Virus record (IMG/VR): IMGVR_UViG_3300029305_002366
Coordinates: 32,001-96,000 of that record
Length of the DNA: 64,000 nucleotides
Reading direction: 5' to 3' (one strand)
From: a virus
Taxonomy: Duplodnaviria; Caudoviricetes
Shown here piece after piece: positions 39,971-50,796 of the stretch. A program made the translations under genes and the position numbers. The notes under the pieces are model-generated. The model made no database searches and had not been told where the DNA came from. It was given only the letters and a program-made list of their open reading frames with translations. The number at the start of each line of letters is the position of its first letter. Position 1 is the stretch's first letter.

Positions 39971-40441
39971 ATGAATTTTTTTAAAGAAGTCAAGACACTG
40001 GATGAACTGAAAAAATTATATCACAAGTTGTGCAGGAAATATCATCCTGACATGGGCGGTGATGTGGAAACTATGCAGAAAATCAATAGCGAATACGATG
40101 AAATGATTAAGTATTTCGCTACTCACGGAAACAAAAAGGAAAAGGAAAAAGCTTCAAAAGAAGTCCCTGAGAAGTTCAGAGGGATAATTGAAAAGCTGAT
40201 ACACTTTTCGGATATCCGTATCGAGATAATAGGCGGTTGGATATGGCTTGACAACGTAGGAAAGTATCTTGTAAAAATCAAGTCAATGGGATTCCAATAT
40301 AGCACAAAGCAGAAACGCTATTACTTAGCGGATGATGAAACGAAGGGAGGAAGGGCTTCAAGATATTCCATGAACAGAATCCGTGATATATACGGTTCAC
40401 AGTTCGTGGACACCATAAAGGTAGCAACACTCACTTGCTGA
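39971..40441 (+). CDS. J-domain (DnaJ-like) protein
   Basis: LKKLYHKLCRKYHPDMGG..MQKINSEY; start placed after GGAGG. Confidence 0.8.
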   Translation: MNFFKEVKTLDELKKLYHKLCRKYHPDMGGDVETMQKINSEYDEMIKYFATHGNKKEKEKASKEVPEKFRGIIEKLIHFSDIRIEIIGGWIWLDNVGKYLVKIKSMGFQYSTKQKRYYLADDETKGGRASRYSMNRIRDIYGSQFVDTIKVATLTC

Positions 40442-40514
40442 CAAACAATAGCCATGCGGATTTTATATTCGCATGGCATAGAGTAAAATGTATACAATTT
40501 AGGAGGAAAATATT

Positions 40515-40958
40515 ATGGCAAATATTACAACAGCACAGGTACAGAAGTACAACGAAAAAATGTCAAACAATTGGAAGTTTGACCTGAGACATTTCTATAT
40601 GCACAGCGGAGAAAAACAGCCTGTTAAGGTTATTAAGCTGAGTGATACTGAGTATATCGAAGCACAGCTTTGGTTCTCGGAAAAGTATCAGAACTTTAGA
40701 CAGGTAGGACTGGAAATCAATCTGCATATCAGTAAATTCAGTTCTTGTGGAAATGGTATGGCTTCATCTTCTGGACTGGGATTGTTTAGAACAATTCCAT
40801 ACAGCAAGACAAGAAAATCCTTTGCGGATTTACAGAAGTTAACAAAGGTGATTGATGATAAATATATTATGGACATTTACAACAGCGGAGACAATGCGGA
40901 AAGATGTGCAGATAATATCCTTCTTGACAAAGACGGATGGCATATCCACGAGGTGTGA
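40515..40958 (+). CDS. Hypothetical protein
   Basis: 147 aa, RBS. Confidence 0.6.
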   Translation: MANITTAQVQKYNEKMSNNWKFDLRHFYMHSGEKQPVKVIKLSDTEYIEAQLWFSEKYQNFRQVGLEINLHISKFSSCGNGMASSSGLGLFRTIPYSKTRKSFADLQKLTKVIDDKYIMDIYNSGDNAERCADNILLDKDGWHIHEV

Positions 40959-41036
40959 GAACTTTTATAATAGGGCATTGGAAATTCCGATGCCCTGATA
41001 TAAGGTTTTTAACCTAAATCAAAGGAGGAAATTACT

Positions 41037-41372
41037 ATGAATAAAATCAAATGCTTATCAGTAGAGGTTTACAAGTTTCCATTAGGAGACTGCACCAATG
41101 GTGGTGTATCTGGAAAATACAGAGAACTTCTGATTCCGTGTGATGATGGAAATGAGAGTGTGGACTTAGATAATCCACCTGAGAATTTCTGTATCGTGGA
41201 AAAGCGTATACTTTGGGGAGAAAAACATTATTATATTGTCCCCTATAATCTTAAACAGTCTGGAAGATGGGTTATGATGGGCGGTAATTTCGCCTATACT
41301 TGCGACTCACGTTTTCAAGAATGTACGGAATCATGGAATCCATTACCGATTCATGATAGAGTGGAGGATTAA
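41037..41372 (+). CDS. Hypothetical phage protein
   Basis: DCTNGGVS, MMGGNF..DSRF, PIHDR motifs. Confidence 0.65.
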   Translation: MNKIKCLSVEVYKFPLGDCTNGGVSGKYRELLIPCDDGNESVDLDNPPENFCIVEKRILWGEKHYYIVPYNLKQSGRWVMMGGNFAYTCDSRFQECTESWNPLPIHDRVED

Positions 41373-41409
41373 GAAGAATTAATTAAAATAAAAAAATAAT
41401 AAAAAACAC

Positions 41410-41470
41410 TTGACAGAGTGAATTGTATATGGTATAATAAAACCATAGCAAAGAGATACAATTCACTCTA
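41410..41470 (+). promoter_or_regulatory. Repeated promoter/operator cassette
   Basis: TTGACA-17-TATAAT; GAGTGAATTGTA and TACAATTCACTC. Confidence 0.8.
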
Positions 41471-41498
41471 TGATACATAAGCATAAGGAGGAATCAAT

Positions 41499-41678
41499 AT
41501 GTCAAACATTTATAAGGAAAACGGATATGAAAATCGCAAGGAATATCTTGAAAGTCTTGCGGATGATTACGGAATTGACTACGGAACAGTTGCAATGCTT
41601 GCAAGTATGTTAGGAGCATCAGAGGATTTTGACGGACTTATATCTGCACTGGAAGATTATGAGGACTTTGATTTTTAA
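41499..41678 (+). CDS. Small acidic protein (not in ORF track)
   Basis: AAGGAGG RBS; MSNIYKENGYENRKEYLESLADDYG..EDFDGL. Confidence 0.65.
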   Translation: MSNIYKENGYENRKEYLESLADDYGIDYGTVAMLASMLGASEDFDGLISALEDYEDFDF

Positions 41679-41690
41679 GGAGGAAATAAT

Positions 41691-42095
41691 ATGTTACATC
41701 ACGGACAGAAAATCACCTGCGAAGGACAGGTCTACACAAGTTCATACAATGGAGAACCCACAACAAATATTAATTATTCGGATATCTTTACGGAACTTAT
41801 ACAGGCGGCAGGAATGACCTGCGAATACTACGCAAGCGATTTATATTATACTCTGACAGCGATAGAGAAAGTCGTTCAGAACTTTGAAAATGATGTGCTT
41901 TACATCGGAATCAGAGACAGCGGAGTTGATGGAAACTCTTTCGTAAAATCAAGACTTGAAAACTCATCTACCTATGGAACAAATAACTACATCAAAATGT
42001 ATCGTTTGGAAATCAAATCATACAACGATTTACAGACAATGGAATTACGAAGGGTTTCTGAATTGGATGTACGAAGCGAATTAGGAATCAAGTAA
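41691..42095 (+). CDS. Hypothetical protein
   Basis: 134 aa, RBS. Confidence 0.6.
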   Translation: MLHHGQKITCEGQVYTSSYNGEPTTNINYSDIFTELIQAAGMTCEYYASDLYYTLTAIEKVVQNFENDVLYIGIRDSGVDGNSFVKSRLENSSTYGTNNYIKMYRLEIKSYNDLQTMELRRVSELDVRSELGIK

Positions 42096-42153
42096 AAATA
42101 TATTCGGAGAGTGAATTGTATAACAGTTCACTCTCCATAAGGAGGAAACATAT

Positions 42154-42669
42154 ATGAACATCAACTTAATCTTAAATGACCTTGCAAATAAATCATGGAC
42201 TCACAGCGCAGTATATTATACAAGCGGATATTTAAAGGGATATATACAGGGTACAGTTGAGGTCTTTGATGAAGAATCTGAGACAGCTTATACAGCGGAA
42301 TTTCTTTTCAGAGTACATGACCCCGAAAACGGAAATGCTTTAAGAATGGTCAACTTTTCAGAGATACCAAAACCAGAAATTAAAAATAAGGTTGATGAAA
42401 CATGGAAGCTTTTAAGCGAACAGCTTACGGAAGTTTCTCTTAAAGCGAATTTAAAAGGACTTTTAACAGCGGATATTCCACACCTTTACTCATTGCATCG
42501 TTTTGATATCAAACAGGATGAGACAGGATTTTATTTCTACATTGGGGGCGCAAGTGGATATTCACTTGACAAGTGGACAATCCCTGATGCTATTGCTTAT
42601 CATCATACACCAGAAGCAGAACTGGAAAGAGATATAGCAGACCGTGAAGCATGGGGATATTACGATTAA
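42154..42669 (+). CDS. Hypothetical protein
   Basis: 171 aa, RBS; operator box at ~42109. Confidence 0.6.
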   Translation: MNINLILNDLANKSWTHSAVYYTSGYLKGYIQGTVEVFDEESETAYTAEFLFRVHDPENGNALRMVNFSEIPKPEIKNKVDETWKLLSEQLTEVSLKANLKGLLTADIPHLYSLHRFDIKQDETGFYFYIGGASGYSLDKWTIPDAIAYHHTPEAELERDIADREAWGYYD

Positions 42670-42682
42670 GGAGGATTAAATT

Positions 42683-43063
42683 ATGCGTGAATCATTTGAA
42701 ATTAAGGATAACAAACTAATAGTTACAAGTATATTTAACACAAGAGAATTTGAGATTGTAGAAAAAATTCCTAAAGGATTTTTTATATGGAATATCGGAA
42801 ATAATATGATAACGGATGAATACATTCCGTTATGTGAAAGAGTAAGACCAAATGACCCTGAGTGTTTCGACATTAATGCTAATACATTAAAGGCAATACA
42901 TCTTGATAAAGAAACAGTATATTTTTTAAGGGATATTTCTCATTACGGATGCAATTCTCTTGAATCGTGTATAACGAAGATGCATGACAAGAATAGTTCA
43001 GATGAGGAAAAAGCAAACGCTTATAAAGCATATAACATATTTATCAAGATAACGGAGGATTAA
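42683..43063 (+). CDS. Hypothetical protein
   Basis: 126 aa, RBS. Confidence 0.6.
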   Translation: MRESFEIKDNKLIVTSIFNTREFEIVEKIPKGFFIWNIGNNMITDEYIPLCERVRPNDPECFDINANTLKAIHLDKETVYFLRDISHYGCNSLESCITKMHDKNSSDEEKANAYKAYNIFIKITED

Positions 43064-43066
43064 ACT

Positions 43067-43597
43067 ATGGCACAGCGTAAACTTAAAGACTATATGGAAA
43101 AGTGTATGAGGATGCTTGATGAACTGAACATCCCATACTGTAAGGATATCAAGGAACTTTCCGTATCTCATGCGGAAAGAAGATGGGGACAGACCTCATG
43201 GAGACAGAGTGTAGGCACAGGAGAAAGAACAGATTTTAAAATCAGCATATCTTACAAGCTGATTAATGAGAAATATACGCCCACAGATGAAGGACTTATG
43301 AATACCATGATTCATGAATTGCTTCATACTTGTCCTGACTGTCACGGTCATGGTACACAGTGGAAAGCATATGCTAAGATGGTTTATGACCGCTACGGAA
43401 TAGATATAAAGCGTTGCGGAAACGATAACGACAAGGGAGTAGATGAGAAAGAACAGGACGTTGTAAAGAAATTTACATACGTAATACAATGTGAAAAATG
43501 CGGTGCAAAAATCGGAAGATACCGTATGAGTAAAGTGATAGAACATCCACAGAATTTTCGCTGTAAATGCGGTGGAGAACTTAATAGGATAAAGTAA
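43067..43597 (+). CDS. SprT-like zinc metalloprotease
   Basis: HELLH, HGTQWK, CEKC...CKCGG. Confidence 0.8.
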   Translation: MAQRKLKDYMEKCMRMLDELNIPYCKDIKELSVSHAERRWGQTSWRQSVGTGERTDFKISISYKLINEKYTPTDEGLMNTMIHELLHTCPDCHGHGTQWKAYAKMVYDRYGIDIKRCGNDNDKGVDEKEQDVVKKFTYVIQCEKCGAKIGRYRMSKVIEHPQNFRCKCGGELNRIK

Positions 43598-43611
43598 GGA
43601 GAAACATTATC

Positions 43612-44001
43612 ATGAAGGAAATTGTAATAAAGGAATCCAATGCAGAAAAGATTATGTCTGCGCTGAATGTAATACAGGGCAGAGCAACGGAGAGAATCTT
43701 CTATAGTTATTACCAAATAGAAGGTATCTGTAATGATGTGGAAAAACGATTAAATATTATTCCATCGAGGGGATTTAAGAAAGCTGTTGAGGGAACGGAA
43801 TTTGTTTATGACTTCCGTCAGCACTTTCCAAACTGTTACAGATGGACACCATATTCTTCATGGATAAGATGTAGATATCATAAGGGAACATGGAGATTAG
43901 TTTCGTTTGGTAGAGATATCTGTCCTAATAAATATGGATATCCATATGAACTACGGCTGTCAGAGACAGCAAAAGAAGCTGTCTTAAAGGAGTATGAGTG
44001 A
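43612..44001 (+). CDS. Hypothetical protein
   Basis: 129 aa, RBS. Confidence 0.6.
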   Translation: MKEIVIKESNAEKIMSALNVIQGRATERIFYSYYQIEGICNDVEKRLNIIPSRGFKKAVEGTEFVYDFRQHFPNCYRWTPYSSWIRCRYHKGTWRLVSFGRDICPNKYGYPYELRLSETAKEAVLKEYE

Positions 44002-44171
44002 TGTATAAGGAGTTAAAGGAAAAGCTGAGACAAGAAGCTATTGAATGGCAGAATACAATGTCAGAGTTTCAGTTAAGCTATGAAGAACTTACGGAAATGC
44101 AAAGGTACTTTGAACGCATGGGAAAGAAATTCGGACTTCTCAAAGAGTTCAGAGAGAACGGAATTATATAA
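44001..44171 (+). CDS. Small hypothetical protein (not in ORF track)
   Basis: MYKELKEKLRQEAIEWQ..GLLKEFRENGII, TGATG-coupled. Confidence 0.6.
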   Translation: MYKELKEKLRQEAIEWQNTMSEFQLSYEELTEMQRYFERMGKKFGLLKEFRENGII

Positions 44172-44184
44172 CGGAGGTAAAACA

Positions 44185-44421
44185 ATGGACACAAGAAAAG
44201 TCACAAAAGTAAAGGTTGCGTTGGAAGATATGTTTTATAATGGAAATCTTAAACGTTACAAAATGACACCATCAGAAGCCCATGAAGCATGGGATGCAAT
44301 GGTAGGGATTCTGAATGACGGAGAAACCAGAACTATCAGCGAACGTGTAAAGGACTTCTATGTTAAGTATGGGTTCAACGTTCGTGAGGAAGGAATCGGA
44401 TGGGTTATTAAGTTAAAATAA
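44185..44421 (+). CDS. Hypothetical protein
   Basis: GGAGG RBS before MDTRKV. Confidence 0.55.
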   Translation: MDTRKVTKVKVALEDMFYNGNLKRYKMTPSEAHEAWDAMVGILNDGETRTISERVKDFYVKYGFNVREEGIGWVIKLK

Positions 44422-44439
44422 AAATATTTCAATTTGCTC

Positions 44440-44468
44440 TTGACAGAGTGAATTGTATATGGTATAAT
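44440..44468 (+). promoter_or_regulatory. Repeated promoter/operator cassette
   Basis: TTGACAGAGTGAATTGTATATGGTATAAT, identical to 41410. Confidence 0.8.
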
Positions 44469-44491
44469 AGAATCATGAAAGGAGGAATTAA

Positions 44492-44653
44492 ATGTCAAAG
44501 TACAGCATAGTATTTACAAAAGGAAACGAAGAAATCCTTGTTGGAGAATGTGATACTCTTGATAAGGCTAAAGAAGCTATCAAGGAGTTAAGCAAGGAAA
44601 CAAGGTACAGGGATGGACTTCTTACCATCGAAAAGGATGGAAGAATCTATTAA
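44492..44653 (+). CDS. Small protein, 53 aa (not in ORF track)
   Basis: AAAGGAGG RBS; MSKYSIVFTKG. Confidence 0.6.
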   Translation: MSKYSIVFTKGNEEILVGECDTLDKAKEAIKELSKETRYRDGLLTIEKDGRIY

Positions 44654-44708
44654 GGAAACGTCAAGCACATTTTGGAATAAGTTAAAAAATAAAAATTTCA
44701 AAATGTGC

Positions 44709-44752
44709 TTGACAAAGAGCAAATAATATAGTATAATAAAACCATAGCAAAG
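44709..44752 (+). promoter_or_regulatory. Repeated promoter cassette
   Basis: TTGACA-17-TATAAT followed by AAAACCATAGCAAAG. Confidence 0.75.
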
Positions 44753-44803
44753 GACAGCAAGTCCGAAAATAAAATTTAAAGTTAATTTAGGAGGAAATTT
44801 ATT

Positions 44804-45823
44804 ATGACAAGAGCAGCTTTAAACTGGAACATCAATCAGGTGGTAAAGGGTATTACAAACGGAACAATTAGTTCTGACAATGCAATTCAGAGAGGTTTTG
44901 TATGGGACAAAAAGAGAGGTTCACTTCTCATTGATTCCGTACTCAGGGATATGCCTATTCCTGCAATCTACACAATCAAGACTAATGAGACAATCAAGGT
45001 CAAGAACAAGGAAGTTTCCGTGTATGACCTTATTGACGGAAAGCAGAGAACAACTACATTCGCAAGATTCTTAAACAACGAGTTTGCACTGGAAGGACTT
45101 GAACCATTCATCACTGACGATGAGGAAGTTGATATCAATGGACTTACATTTGACGAACTTTCTGAGGAAATGCAGGACACTATAAAGTCATATGGACTTA
45201 CAGTTTACTACTTCTCAGATATCACAGATGAGGAAATCGCTGATATGATGAGCAGACTTAATAACGGTAAGCCACTGACAGGTACGGAAAACGCTCGTAT
45301 CAAGGCAAAACAGCTTGATACTATTAAGGGAATAGCATCACATAAACTGCTTATGGATAATCTTTCTGCAACTGCCCTCAGAGGGTATGCAAATGAAGAT
45401 ATCATTATTAAGCTTGCACTTCTCCTTAATGACCAGAGCGAACTTTCTTCAAAGAATGTACGTCAGGCATATGAGACATTCACATTTGGAGAAAACACAG
45501 TTAATGAAATCAATTCAATTCTTGACTTCACATACCTTGCAATCGAAGCGGCTACAGATGATAAGAAGATTATCAAGCGTATCACTTCAAAGGCAAATCT
45601 CATAACTGTTCTGTATGTAGCAAAGCAGTTCATGGATGAAAGCGAAGAAGAATACGAAGATAAAATATCAATCTACGGAGATAAGCTGTCACAGTTCTTT
45701 GATGGAACAGATGGTGCTACAGTAAGTGCGGATTATAATGAAGCCTGCACTAACGGAACTATGAGAGCATCAAATGTAATCACAAGAAATGATGAACTTT
45801 ACAAGTTCGTTATGGAAGGTTAA
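44804..45823 (+). CDS. DUF262 (ParB/GmrS-like) protein
   Basis: QRGFVWD, LIDSVL..PIPAIY, IDGKQR, RLNNG. Confidence 0.8.
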   Translation: MTRAALNWNINQVVKGITNGTISSDNAIQRGFVWDKKRGSLLIDSVLRDMPIPAIYTIKTNETIKVKNKEVSVYDLIDGKQRTTTFARFLNNEFALEGLEPFITDDEEVDINGLTFDELSEEMQDTIKSYGLTVYYFSDITDEEIADMMSRLNNGKPLTGTENARIKAKQLDTIKGIASHKLLMDNLSATALRGYANEDIIIKLALLLNDQSELSSKNVRQAYETFTFGENTVNEINSILDFTYLAIEAATDDKKIIKRITSKANLITVLYVAKQFMDESEEEYEDKISIYGDKLSQFFDGTDGATVSADYNEACTNGTMRASNVITRNDELYKFVMEG

Positions 45824-45893
45824 TAATCAATACGGATTCTCACCTGTGCTTTAATAGCATGGGTGAGAAAATACATAAAACACAAGGAGGAAA

Positions 45894-48214
45894 TTGTATA
45901 TGTTCAATAATAGATTCAAGGGATATACCTATACGGAATATCAGAACGAGATGTGTGATAAGGCGATTGAAAGTAACGAGAACGCATTGGAACTTTATAA
46001 AAAAGCAAGGGATGGTAAACCAACATCGTCATCAATAGGATTCATGGGCTTGCCCTCATATGCTCCACAGCTTATCGGAATATCTGAACTGAATAGAAGA
46101 ATAGAGAAAACCGAAAAGGCTATCGAATATCTCAGAGCAATAAGGAATAGCAATGGTCAGATAATTGAACCAACGTACAAGAGATATTGGGATAACGTGT
46201 ATAACAGATAAGGAGTGTATATCATGAGAGATAGATTAATAACTAAGAGACAGAAGAATAAAAAAGTCATTGGATATATCAGGGAAATTGAACCTTATCC
46301 AGTTTACTCATGCAAGTATTGTGGAAAGTCTTATGCTTTATTCGATGCAAAGGGAAATCTCATTGCAGAAGATATGAACTATAACAATCTTCATAAGAAG
46401 TTATATGAAATGTAAGGAGGAAGTCTATGACTGACCGTGAAAAATTAAACTGCATATTTGATTACTTAGATGCATTTCATGTGGATTTATGGAATGAATT
46501 TATTAACGGCAATGAAGTAACAAGACCTATTATTGATGCTAAAAAATCTGTTATAGATGAAATAATAGATTATATAGAACGTAAGACAGGTGAAACGGTG
46601 ATATTTTGGTGAACAATTAAAAGGAGGAAATACTATGACAGTAAAGGAATTTTTTGAAAAATTTGATAGCTTAATGAAATTTGATGTTAATCTGTATGAA
46701 GTCAACGAAAATGTAGAAATTGACATGACAGCCAGTCAAATTAAACGAGAGGATGGGCTTCACGAAGAATGGAAAAATGCAAGAGTTTATGACTGGACTG
46801 TATGCGATAGGCAATTTAATCTGAATGTTATAAAGTAAGGAGGTAGAATGATTATGGCAAGAGTAAAATATCTTACAGTTGCAAGGGGAGAAAGACTTCA
46901 TATAGAAAATTATCCCAACTTTCACAAGTCAGGCAGTATCAAAGGAATGAAAGAAAAATACTATGGAAAAAATGCTCTGCTTGTACAGTGTGGCAGTTAT
47001 ATCTATAAAGTTCCGCAGAGAATATATGATATGGCAAAGTGAGGTAAGATTATGAGTGATTTAAAAAGGTTCTTATGGCAGAGTAATGGTGACGGAACTT
47101 ATCTTGTCACTGATAGAATGACAGGTAAGGAGTATGGAGTATCTAAAACAATAGGTGGAAAGTTTCACATAGACGGATGTACAAAGACGATGACAAATTA
47201 TTACGGTCAGGAAACACCATACTTTTTTAAGAATAAGTTTGAGGTAATGGAATATTTAAAGGAGGAAAAGTAAAATGGAAGAACGTATGAATCTTTATGA
47301 TTGGTTAAAGGAAAAGGATAATGACTATGATACATACGATACCGTATATGATATATGCGTGACAGTATGTGTTCCGTATGAGGGATTGTCTCCTGAGTGG
47401 TATGATAAATTTAGTGACTTCGTTCTAAAACACGTTGATGTTATTGAGGAAACAAGTGATTATGAATGTATCGCTGACTGGAATAAGTTCATAGAGGACA
47501 ACGCAGAAACATTTAAAAAGATAACAGAAGAATCATGGAGTTATATGCCTGATGATGAGGACTTCAATTATGAATGGATAAACGAAATTGACAAACTTCT
47601 TGCAGACTATGGCTCAGAAAAGACATATCATTATCTCATGGATATGTTTACAAAGAACACAAGGGAGGATTAAGTATGATGAGCTTTTACGAAAAGATGT
47701 TTGAGGTACACAAAGAATTAGCTGTTAAGAAAATGTGTCACGGATGTATTTATTTGGTAAAACGTAAGGGCAATTATGGTTCACACATAAAAACCTGTGG
47801 AAAAATGGCTCAGAATATTATATGGGATAAAGAGAATTGTCCTATGTTCTATCCATTACATCCGCATCTTTTGGATAACGATTATACTTTTGAGAAATTT
47901 TTAGAAGATATAAAGGAGGATTAAGTATGACTACACAGGATATAAACTGGACAATCAGGTTCGCAAGACTTTTCAAGGGACATATACTTGCCCTTGATAT
48001 TGTGGAGTATTTAATAAACAATAATGGAGAATACGTTGGCAGTTACTATACCTTTGCAGAGGAATTGCGAGGGGATAGAAATGCCGCAAGTAATGTCAGA
48101 GCCGCTTGTATATGGCTAAAGAGCAAGGGAATAGCTTACGCACAGTCTACTAAGGGAAAAGACGATTACAATACAATAATCGTTATGGATGCAAATTGGA
48201 GGAATAATATCTAA
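45894..48214 (+). other. Run of nine small hypothetical early genes (45894, 46215, 46427, 46635, 46848, 47052, 47275, 47676, 47927)
   Basis: Tightly packed plus-strand ORFs, each with a GGAG/GAGG RBS. Confidence 0.6.
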
Positions 48215-48738
48215 TGTTAAAGAAGTTTGAAAAGATAATTAATAAGGTTATCAATCCAAAGCATGAGCAGACAAAGAAGTTGGTATTCAAGGACGGATTC
48301 TATTATGCTACAGACGGATTCAGAGTAGTTCAATTTGGAGTCGAAAATGTAATAGCAGACGCTCCTGTTTTTGAGGAAGGCGAAAATCAATACAATTGTA
48401 AGAGAGAGTACGAACAAGCAAACGAAATTGATTATGATTCATTGGAAATTCCCTATACTATAGAGCAGATAAAAGCATGGGTAAAGGAAACTAAAAAGAC
48501 TCACAAAGGACTGAGAGTTCCGTTTAAGTTAGGAACAACAACAGATAGAATATGGATAGGTATTAATCCTAAGTTCCTTATAGATGCTATGGAAACAACA
48601 AAATCAAATATATTATTTGTGCCACATAAGGGAAAAAGATTATTGATGCAAGGCAATGGCTTCGCATGGCTTATAATGCCTGTTATGTTACAGGGATATG
48701 AAAGTGATAAACATATGACAGAGATTCCAATTGAGTGA
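48214..48738 (+). CDS. Truncated DNA pol III beta-clamp-like protein
   Basis: YATDGFR, IGINPKFLIDAM, LIMPV resemble DnaN motifs; only 174 aa. Confidence 0.55.
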   Translation: MLKKFEKIINKVINPKHEQTKKLVFKDGFYYATDGFRVVQFGVENVIADAPVFEEGENQYNCKREYEQANEIDYDSLEIPYTIEQIKAWVKETKKTHKGLRVPFKLGTTTDRIWIGINPKFLIDAMETTKSNILFVPHKGKRLLMQGNGFAWLIMPVMLQGYESDKHMTEIPIE

Positions 48739-48986
48739 GGTGTAATATTATGATTATGAAATATGTATATCTTCAAAAGAAATGGGATGGATGTGCAAAT
48801 AACATATGGCTAACTGTAGACTACACAGGAAAGACATACGTAAAATCTATTACTCCCTTTTGTGATACAAGTAGACCATACGTATATGAGTTAATACGCA
48901 AATCGGATATCGAAAAGATGATAGAAGAACTTACAAGAGTAGGTTTTGTGGAAATTAAATCTTAATCAAATGGAGGAAATTATATA

Positions 48987-50774
48987 ATGCAGATAGTTAA
49001 TTATGTAGAGGATAAAAATACATCAGAGTTCTATCCTACACCTGAGAATCTTATTCAGATGATGTATTCAAAAGTGAATTGGAATTATGTTAATACAGTT
49101 CTTGAACCGTCAGTAGGTAAGGGAGATATAGTAAGATACCTTAATCGCAAAACTGATGGAAAACTTGATATAGACTGCATAGAGATTGACAACAATCTGA
49201 GACAGATATTTCTGTATACTTTTTCTGAGGAAAATTCTAATAGACTGCTTGACGAAAAGAAGAAGATAACAAAGCAGTACAATGACTTTGATTCATGGAG
49301 TGAAAATTATAAGTATTATAATCAGGAACTTAAACAGTATGTTCCTGTTCCAGAACCAGACAATTCAAGACTGAGAGCGATTGACACAGAGCGCAAGGAA
49401 GTAAAGGGAAAAAATGTTCATCTTGTTCATGATAATTTCCTCACCTTTACAGCATACAAGCAGTACAATGTTATTATTATGAATCCACCATTCAGCAATG
49501 GAGATAAGCATTTGTTAAAAGCATTGGAGATTCAGAAGTATGGAGGACAGATAGTGTGCTTGCTTAATGCGGAGACTATCAGAAATCCCTACACAGAGAC
49601 ACGCAAGGAACTTATCAAGATACTGAATGAGTATAATGCAAATATAGAATATTATAGCGGAGAATTTAATAACGCAGAACGTCAGACAGATGTAGACGTT
49701 GCTATGATTTATGTGAATATTCCTATGAGTGTTAATGATAATGATGATTCTATATTCGATAAACTCAAAAAGGAAGAACACTACGAAGAACCCACAGCCG
49801 AAGAAGTAACCGCACTGGATGTTACAGATTATTTAAAGTCAGTTGTTAATAAATACAACATAGAAATCAAATCAGGAATTGAACTTATTAATTCCTTTGA
49901 ACGAATGAAACCTTATCTTTCAAACTCTTTTACTGATGAGTATGCCTATCCTATCATACAGCTTGTAGATGGCTATGGAAAAGACAAGATGACTATTAAT
50001 AAATATGTCAAGGCAGTTCGATATAAGTATTGGAGAGCATTGTTTTCAAATCCAAAGTTTACTGGAAATCTTACAAGTAAATTACAAGAACAGTACAGGG
50101 CGAAAGTAGAGACATTCTCTGACTATGACTTTTCTGAATTTAATATCAACAATCTTTATACAGAAATGAAAAGCAAGGTAAAGACAGGCATCGAGGATGA
50201 GATTGAAAAGATGTTCGATAAGATGACTGTTGATTACGCTTGTTCAGACAATTCTAAATATCTTTATAACGCATGGAAAACTAACATTGGTCACAAGATT
50301 GGCAAGAAGGTTATTATGCCGTTCTATGGTCTTTATGATTCAATCTTTGGTCACTTGGATTTATACAAGTTAAATGAAAGACTTTCTGACATAGAGAGAA
50401 TATTGAATTACTTTGACGGAAATATGACCGCTGACGTAGATATTTACAGCACAGTAAAGGAATACGCAGACAAGGGAATTACAAAGAACATTCCTCTTAA
50501 ATACTTTACTATCAATCTGTACTTAAAGGGTAGTGTCCATATAACTTTCAATTGTCCAGAACTGATTCAGAAATACAATATCTATGTAGGAAAGAATCGT
50601 GGATGGCTACCTTTTGATTTTGGTACAAAGACATACAAGCAGATGAATGAGGAAGAAAAGAAAGTTGTTGATAGCTTCTCAGGCGAAAGAGAGTATGACA
50701 AAATAATAGGTAATAGAAAGTATTATCTTGGTGGAATAAACAACACACAGGCTTTACTAAGCATTAACGCTTAA
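48987..50774 (+). CDS. Amino-DNA methyltransferase, DUF4942-like
   Basis: EFYPTP, VLEPSVGKG (motif I), MNPPF (motif IV), YLKGSVHITF. Confidence 0.8.
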   Translation: MQIVNYVEDKNTSEFYPTPENLIQMMYSKVNWNYVNTVLEPSVGKGDIVRYLNRKTDGKLDIDCIEIDNNLRQIFLYTFSEENSNRLLDEKKKITKQYNDFDSWSENYKYYNQELKQYVPVPEPDNSRLRAIDTERKEVKGKNVHLVHDNFLTFTAYKQYNVIIMNPPFSNGDKHLLKALEIQKYGGQIVCLLNAETIRNPYTETRKELIKILNEYNANIEYYSGEFNNAERQTDVDVAMIYVNIPMSVNDNDDSIFDKLKKEEHYEEPTAEEVTALDVTDYLKSVVNKYNIEIKSGIELINSFERMKPYLSNSFTDEYAYPIIQLVDGYGKDKMTINKYVKAVRYKYWRALFSNPKFTGNLTSKLQEQYRAKVETFSDYDFSEFNINNLYTEMKSKVKTGIEDEIEKMFDKMTVDYACSDNSKYLYNAWKTNIGHKIGKKVIMPFYGLYDSIFGHLDLYKLNERLSDIERILNYFDGNMTADVDIYSTVKEYADKGITKNIPLKYFTINLYLKGSVHITFNCPELIQKYNIYVGKNRGWLPFDFGTKTYKQMNEEEKKVVDSFSGEREYDKIIGNRKYYLGGINNTQALLSINA

Positions 50775-50796
50775 AACAATATTAATTAAAGGAGAA

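Noticed and set aside
39132-44752. CRISPR array from recurring repeats
   Set aside because: The repeats are promoter/operator cassettes separated by whole genes; no regular spacers or cas genes.
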